A DNA stretch of 64,000 bases from Paramecium tetraurelia (taxonomy: Eukaryota). A program made the translations under genes and the position numbers. The DNA is taken from contig CT868071.1 of assembly GCA_000165425.1 (NCBI GenBank), positions 7,089 to 71,088 on the forward strand, read 5' to 3'. Under the pieces are notes generated by a model, which made no database searches, was not told the DNA's origin, and was given only the letters and a program-made list of their open reading frames with translations. Of the stretch, positions 56,388-64,000 are shown piece by piece (position 1 is the stretch's first letter; each line of letters opens with the position of its first letter).

Positions 56388-57036
56388 AATAAAAATTAAA
56401 TTATTTTTTGAATATTTGCAAGATTTTAATTCATAAATAAAAGTATTTAATCAATCATGCATAACATACATTCTATTTAGTGAGGACACCAGTCATATCA
56501 AGAATGAAAAATTCATAATCAAAGAATTCTGATTATGTGAGATAGCACTTCAATCATTAACTACTTTCTAATTAATTAAAATCATGTAACTCAATATTTA
56601 AATCAAAAAAAGCTTACAATTTGATTACACTAAAAATTTCTAAAATATTAATATTTATAATCCCATTAAGGATGGAGGATTAATTTGAAATGAATATCTT
56701 TGTTCTTGGAACAACAATATTTTACATTTTACCAAAAGTATCAACGAGTTTCAGTTATCTCAAGACGGAAAGATTACGGAAGCTTTTAATTAGGAGAAGG
56801 GTATACAATGTGAATGGATTATATGAATTGATTAATTTGATTAATTTAATGAGAGCGATAGAAGATTGATATAATAATTTAATTATAAAAATCTTAGATT
56901 ATTGGGGAGTGGATTGTTAGGTGAGACAATGGATGGAAGAAATGGGAACACAAAATCGGTGAGATGGTGTTAGTAATATTATAAGAAAATGGGGATAAAT
57001 ATTTATAAATTAATTACATACATAAGCATTTTTCGA

Positions 57037-57045
57037 TCCGTTTTT
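57037..57045 (+). promoter_or_regulatory. Candidate trichocyst-gene upstream element TCCGTTTTT
   Basis: Identical 9-mer and identical spacing to the ATG as at 52239-52247. Confidence 0.45.
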
Positions 57046-57063
57046 AAAAACATTAATAAATAA

Positions 57064-58255
57064 ATGCAAAAACTAGCTATCTTGACATTGGTTCTTGCTC
57101 TTGCAGCTGCCAAGTTTGTAGATACACATGCAAGTTTGGCTTAAATTGATGCCAATCCATTCGGAAATGTTGTATTGTCAGCCATCAAAGCCCACTTGTA
57201 AGCCTAATCACCAGCCAACGAAGTTAATATGTTATTGAACGGTGTTGCTGCTGGATTGTAATAAGATCAAAATGACCACGACCACGCTTTTGAAGTTGAT
57301 ACAACCACAAACAACAGAGTAAGAATATTAAACTATATAACAGATCGTTGAAGACTTAGAAAAGGAAATCTTGTATCACTAAAATCAAATCTCATCCAAC
57401 ACTTAATTGAGAGATGACACAATCGAAGCATTGGCTGTTTCTGAAGAAGACATCAGAGTTACAATTTCAGACATTGCAACAAATGAATAAACTTATGCTA
57501 GAGAAGAAGCCACAAGAAACTAATAACACGAAACCTTTGTTGCTAAGGTTGCTGCCATCGATGATGTTATTGAAGCTATTGATGATGCTGCCAAACTCAT
57601 CCAACATTTGAAGCTAAGTGCTTCATTTGTCTAAGTTAAATCAAAGTATGAAACAGTTCACAAGAGACTTACCGACAACACATCACACAGCCAACTCTTA
57701 CAAGTAAATTCTTTTCTTTCTATTATTCCACTTTTAGCCAGTCGTCGTTTGCTCTTACCGAATTAGCCACTCACGGAGTCAACCAAAAGGCCTTGACCAA
57801 GATTGCTTAATTATTGAGCGAAATCAGATAATAATTAGTCTCAGAAAAGGCTACCAAGACTGTATTTAATTAATCCAATTATTAAGGACGTTGAAGACAG
57901 ATAAGCTGCACACTGGGCTGAATTCAGCGTTCATTTGAGCAATGAACACACCAGATTGGTTGAAAGAAAAGCTTAATTGGAAGTCTAAATCTAAGAATAA
58001 AAGGATACCATTGAAGATGCTTAATCATGGATCGAATTCCACACCTTGGAATTAGAAAACAGTGAAGAGAGACTTGCTGGATAATAAGCATGGTATGCAG
58101 TCTAATCAGATATCTATGAGACCTAAACTGCTGAAAGGTAATATTTCATAATATCCTATTTTAGAGCTGCTTAAAATGAAATCGTTGATAGACTCTAAGA
58201 ACACATCAGTGAGAAATTATCAACCACCGCCCAATTCATCAGCAAAAGAAATTGA
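57064..58255 (+). CDS. Trichocyst matrix protein, T4-like
   Basis: MQKLAILTLVLALAAA; LAQIDANPFGNVVLS; DLEKEILYHQNQI; EIRQQLV; EHTRLVERKAQLE; EIVDRLQEHISEKLS. These parallel P. tetraurelia T4 as I recall it. The model needs one extra T removed at 57748-57750. Confidence 0.88.
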
Positions 58256-58275
58256 TTTATTAAAATAAATAAATT

Positions 58276-58877
58276 ATGAACAATAGTTCTTTATGCATTT
58301 TATGTTTTCAGCAATCTAATATAACTAATACAGATCTCCCTGTTTGCTAGTCTTGCTTAAAACAACAAGCCTAAAACTTGGAGTAATTTGAAGATCAAAT
58401 TGACAAAATACATTAACAAGTAATTCCCCTTAATTACACAAGGATCAAGCAAAATAAGATGACTCTTCTTCCATCAGTGAAATCATACCACAGAAATTAT
58501 ATCTAGGAAACTACATCGCTGCAAAAAATAAAAACCTTTTGAAAAAATATTAGATAACTCATATCCTCATATGCGGAGATTTTCTCAAATAGAAATTCCC
58601 TGACGATTTCAAATATCATCAAATCATGATACAAGACTCCTTGAATCAATCTATCCTTGAATATCTTGATGAAACCTTCAATTTTATTGATTAGGCCCAA
58701 AACGTTTTTGTTCATTGTGCAGCTGGAATAAACAGATCTCCAGCCATAGTCTGCGCATACTTAATGAAAAAAAATAAGTGGAATTATGATCAAGCATTCC
58801 AGTTTGTAAAGGAAAGAAGATCTGTTGTAAACAAACAAACTAATTTTGCAAAATAATTAAATTTATATGAATATTGA
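58276..58877 (+). CDS. Dual-specificity protein phosphatase
   Basis: SEIIPQKLYLG...ITHIL...FVHCAAGINRSPAIVCAYLM (HCx5R); N-terminal CxxC...CxxC; one 23-nt intron. Confidence 0.92.
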
Positions 58878-59176
58878 TTAACGTATCTAATAATTCAACC
58901 GAAATAAGAGATAATATAATTCATCCCTATTAACTTTCGATTTTCTCACTCTCTTTCCATTAATCAGCAATACATTAACTATATTGATCACTTATTCTAA
59001 CATACAAGCATTTGAATTTACTTTATCTTAACCAAATCAGAGGATGAAAAAAGATTATTACAATTATTTATCCATTTAAAATAATAGTTTAAATCGAACT
59101 TAAATCCCAATAATGAAGACTTATACTTTTCATATTTGAATTTATTTGAATGTATTTAATAATATTTATATAAAAT

Positions 59177-59884
59177 TCATTTTCCTTTACAATAAGTGCA
59201 AATGAAGGATTCTATGTTTTAGACCTATTCTTCTGTCAACCCTTCACATTTTAGATGAATCCATTGATTACACATATCACAAAACACATATGGCAGATCA
59301 GGGTTTTGCGGTTTTTTACAATAGCAAACTTTTGGCCATTTACTTACCTCTGGCAGAAACTCTTCGCTTTTTGTGTTATAGAATGCTCTAGTAAAATATA
59401 CCGCATCCTTGAATTCATATTGTTCATAATCCTCGTAACTTAACACGAGAACTTTAGATTGTATTGCATCTACCAAAATTGCATGTTCTTCTTCTGTCAA
59501 AAACAATTCGGACATTCCCATATATTCTTTTTGTTCTTAATATTGTGATGCAATTTTGTCTTTGTTACAATAGAGGTTGATTATGACTAAAGGTAGTTCT
59601 TGGTCATTTTTCTGAGATTTTATGCTAATTATTTTTTTTATTGTTGCTATAAATTCAAAATTTTTGACATTTATGAGAATTGACTCTCCGGTCTTATAGA
59701 TTTCATCATTAAACTTGAGTTTCTCGTAAGTCAATGTATGTTGAGGTGCTTTTTCTGCTAATTTATACAATTTATCAAAGTTTTTAGCTATGGCCAATTA
59801 TTCTAAAGCGTCCTAACTGAATTCTTTGAAAGTGAATTTCCTTCCATTTCCTGGTTCATAATCTGGATCGTCTTGCGCTGACAT
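59177..59884 (-). CDS. BAH-PHD chromatin reader (EBS/SHL-like architecture)
   Basis: BAH: YKTGESILI...FIATIKKI...ELFLT...AIQSKVLVL...YFTRAFYN. PHD: CYCKKPQNPDLPYVFCDMCNQWIHLKCEGL...FICTYC. Intronless. Confidence 0.9.
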
Positions 59885-60397
59885 TTTACTTATTTTAATT
59901 CATCAAAGTATTAATGTAATCATAAATATATGAGAATAAAATCCTTTAAATTTTTGTGATCGCATAAATTTATCAGGCATTACATAATAACCAGTATAAA
60001 AAACCAATGATTTATATTTTTAGTTTTGAGGATTCAACCCATAGTCTAACATAGTAAAGTGTTTCATCCATAAGATTTGTTGAATGATTTATTTTAATAT
60101 TAAATTATTTTCTCCTAATTTTAATAAATATTCAAGTTGATTATCATATAAATTAACTGGAAATATAGATATGATAGATGGTATTTTATCATTGTAATTC
60201 ATTCAATCGAATATGAACTGAATGTGGTATGTATAATTGCAAATTTACATTTAAATTTGATGATTAAATATTCTTCGTATTTTGCTTGATTTAGTCATTG
60301 GGATTGATGATAAAATCTTAAAGTTGATTGGTAATGGCAATTAGGCAAAACAGATTAGGAATGATTTATATGTAAAGATTAAATTTTAATTAATTTA

Positions 60398-63300
60398 ATG
60401 AGTGATTTAGTGCAATTCAAAGAGTTAAGACAAAAGGGGATTGATGAGTTCCATACAAGTAATGACATGGTCTACAATATAATTTCGAAGAAGTAAAGCG
60501 TTTTAAATGTAAATGAGCAGATGGTTGGAAGAGTGGTTGGAGAGTAAAGAGAAAGACCATCCAATAGACAACTACTCTTGTGTGAATTCAGACTTACTTT
60601 AGTCGAAATCATCAACTATCTTTAAATATGATCCAATTCAAAGTCACATGTGGAATAAGATTATGCTACCAAATCTTTAAGAAGGAGTTGATTATGAAAT
60701 TTTAGATAAAGCATCTTGGGAATTCATAGCCAAAAAGTCCTAATATTTTTGATTATGTAGGTACCACACGACAGCCATAGAGCGAGATGCCACTATTGTA
60801 AACGGAAAGAAACAAGTGAATGTCAATCTTGTGCCTTTAAATTTCGGAGCCGTGTTTCCTTCTTCACTTCGCAAATACAATGGAGGAAAAACAGCCTCAC
60901 TCATTAAGGGGGACTAGTATGTATCAAGAACGTGCAAATTATAATCATTTATTGAATTATTGGCAAGCACTTTGTAAACAGTGTACGTAATTATCATTCA
61001 ATCATTAATAGTAGCGGCTATGAATTCCTCAGACGTGATGGAATCAGACTCTACAAAGCTCCAATTGGCATGACTATTTCAGAAATCGAAAAGCATATAT
61101 CTGAAGAAATTAAGAATCTTGGAACTTATGATGATGTCGTATTTGATTTCAAGGATGGCGATTATTTGGATCCAACCAAATATGAAACTATTGATGATTG
61201 TCAAATAGCACCAGGCTAAGTAATACTTGGTGATTTCAAAGAAGTCTAAAAAAATTGGGTCATTAAACATCCCTTTTTCCCAATGGAAGGAAAATGTGAA
61301 GGATGCTATAATTTCAAAGTGCTTCAGTTTCCATGTGAATGCAAAAAAGTTAGTTATTGTACAGAAGAGTGCAAAAAAAAGGATGAAGCATATCATTTAC
61401 CTAGATGTGAAAAGACAGATTCCGATGATGAGACTATGGATAAACTCTAAAGGATTGAAAAATCCATGGATGGCAAGGTCGGATTATAGAATCTAGGAAA
61501 TACTTGTTTTATGAATTCAGGAATCCAGTGTATTGGTAATACATTCCCAATAAGAGAATACTTGTTATCTAATCAATACAAACAGGATATCAATGAATTA
61601 AATACTTTGGGTACTAAAGGAGAATTAGCATAAAAGTTTGCCCACCTTTTAAGAAGAATGTGGTATGCTGAAAGAACACCTATACCTCCATTCTCACTTA
61701 AAAGAGCCATAGGAAAATTTTAACCCTAATTCCAAGGATTCCAATAGCATGACAGTTAAGAATTGATTACTTATTTATTGGATGGATTAAATGAAGATTT
61801 ATGTCGTATCAAATAGAAACCTTATGTGGAGAGAAAAGACTATGATGGTAGACCTGATTTCGAAGTTGCTAAGGAATCTTGGGAACAATTTAAGTTGAGG
61901 AATGATAGCATTATCGTTGACAATCTATATGGACAATATAAGAGTACTTTAAGATGTCCAAATTGCAATAAAATATCAATTACATTTGACCCATATTTGA
62001 TGGTTAACGTCAGTATACCTTAAAATACAACCAAAAAGTTAGAAATCCAATTCATAGATCCAAATTTATTGTGGGACTGTTAGACTCTTATCTACAACTA
62101 TGAAAAAACATAAGATCCTACACTTGGTTAAATTCTGCAATCTCCAGAGATTTAAGATAAAATCTAACAAATTAACCCAACCGATCTGATTTATATCTGT
62201 ACATCAGCTTACTAACATGATGATACAGATGAAAATGATAAAATGTCAAGTTTAAGGAAGAAATTGAAATACAAAAAGTTATACATCAGGAAGGCTTTGC
62301 AATCAGAACTCAATATTGAAAAAGACAATAAAATTTGTATAATGATACATGAATCCTTCAAGTAAAATGCTTAATATCAATGGAAGAGAGAAATTACTCC
62401 TGCTTTCAACTTCTATTTTGATAAAACCAAAACTACCCATGCTGACATACATAAATTTATCTTTGATATTCATGTTGGAGTCTTAGCCACATTTGAAGAC
62501 CTCCCCAAATATTAAGGCAACAATTGGAGCGAATATTATGAAGAGAATATATTAGACAAGGTTTATTATTTAGAATTCAAATCCAATTAAAATTGGTAAG
62601 TTGAGTGTGCTTATTGCAATGCCAAATCATGCAATGATTGTGTATGTGCATATGTTTAAGACACTTGTATTGAAAAATATATATAAAAAGAACCTAAATT
62701 AGAAATTGAAGTATTTGTAGTCTGGAAAAGAGGATTCAAATCAGCTAGCTCTGTTGATGAGTTATACAATGATTGGTTGAAACATCATCAAAGGAAATAA
62801 ACAGATGTTGAGGAATTGCCAAAATAATTAACTGATCAAGAACAAACATAAGAAGTTGTCGATGATGCAAAATAATAAGAAAACATATCTGATGAATAAT
62901 CTGCTTAGAAATAAAATTTCACTACATGTCTCGTACCTATTGAACCTGCAATACCAACAATCTAACCTACTAATGTTTAAGGTGCAACTGAAAAATCAAT
63001 GAAATTAACTGAATGTTTGAAATTCTCTGAGCAACCTGAATAACTAGATGAAGAAAATACTTGGTATTGTAATCAATGCAAAGATCATGTGTATTTTATC
63101 CATTTTAATCTATTAGCCGTGCTTTTAAAGTCATGGAAATCTATAAGACACCTAAAATATTGATATTCCATTTAAAGAGGTTCAAGAACTCCAATAAATT
63201 TTTCAAAAGCAAACTTGAAACCTTAATAGATTTTCCAATCGAAAATTTTGACATTAGAGAATTTGTTTAGAATCATCATTTACCATCTGATTTCGCTAAT

Positions 63301-63560
63301 GAAAATCCTCAAAATTCAAGTATTAAATTTAATTAAATTACGAGAAATCAATGATCCCTATTTATTATGATCTATACGCAATTTCTAATCATTTTGGAGG
63401 ATTGGGAGGTGGACATTACACAGCCTTTGCTAAAAACTACTATGATAACACATGGTATAATTTCGATGACAGTTCAGTGCATCCTATAAAAGAAGAATCT
63501 GTTAATTCAACATTAATTACAAGCGCAGCCTATGTATTATTTTATCGCAGAAGAGAATGA
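60398..63560 (+). CDS. Ubiquitin-specific protease (USP4/15-like) with a DUSP domain and a MYND-type zinc finger
   Basis: ISKK|WLEEW...PIDN (DUSP); CEGC...[23 protein letters not shown] (MYND); [71 protein letters not shown]. Confidence 0.95.
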
Positions 63561-64000
63561 TATTCAAAAAGCAAAAATATAAATATATTTATATTAATAA
63601 ATTATATTCTAATCTGTCAATTAAAGTAACCATTAAAATAATAATAAATTTCAACTAGAATAAAACAGCCTATTCTATAAATTTATCTATGATAGTAGCT
63701 TTTCCCTATATAGAATAACTATAAAACTCTGATGACAACTATCTAAATTTTTAATTATCTGCCACTATTGCTTTTTCTCAGATACCTAATTCAAAAGATC
63801 TTTATTTCTTGGTTACTTTTTGGTTTCTACATTTCTTAAAGTTTAGATTTTGCCAAATGTTCAAGAAAATTGAGAATTTTCATTCTAGTTATTTATTCAA
63901 TAGAGCGAAAGGAGAACAAAGAATTTAATAGTTATCAAATTATATCATATATATATGTTTATTATAAATCATCTGCTTTATTGGTATTAATCTATTATAT

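Noticed and set aside
63620..64000. Possible minus-strand gene at the window end
   Set aside because: The frames I read hit TGA early and no motif is recognisable; insufficient evidence.

Overview
AT-rich, gene-dense ciliate macronuclear DNA with Paramecium-like features. TAA/TAG read as Gln, TGA is the only stop, introns are tiny GT-AG introns of about 22-34 nt, and intergenic gaps can be as short as 20-45 bp. The supplied ORF track uses the standard code, so most of it is fragments or artefacts; all gene models here were re-read by hand in the ciliate code. The window opens inside a giant (>3,500 aa, 5'-truncated) coiled-coil gene built from five near-identical 1,278-bp (426-aa) tandem units, a partial sixth unit and diverged copies, with a recurring [FLY]W-x-x-[KQS]-Y motif. 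About 30 further genes follow: eIF3f, tRNA-Glu(TTC), Ubl-SPRY, RPL24, GYF-domain, Xaa-Pro aminopeptidase, IFT43, epsilon-tubulin, Kelch, MSP/VAP-like, a Ubl-vWA-E2 fusion, chromo-shadow-like, NDK-domain, GTPBP1/2, three trichocyst matrix proteins, SHIPPO/ODF3, MCM7, CDPK, a small secreted 14-Cys protein, PB1, RPS19, a dual-specificity phosphatase, BAH-PHD and a DUSP-MYND-USP. There are two probable pseudogenes (an internally deleted CDPK and a TPR-like gene). Candidate cis-elements are GTACATTA in both ribosomal-protein 3' UTRs, CGTTTTT at -25 of trichocyst genes, and an E2F-like site before MCM7. Isolated +1 homopolymer insertions in conserved genes suggest residual long-read errors. No telomere, transposon, CRISPR array or rRNA was seen. 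Family assignments are from motif recognition, not database searches.
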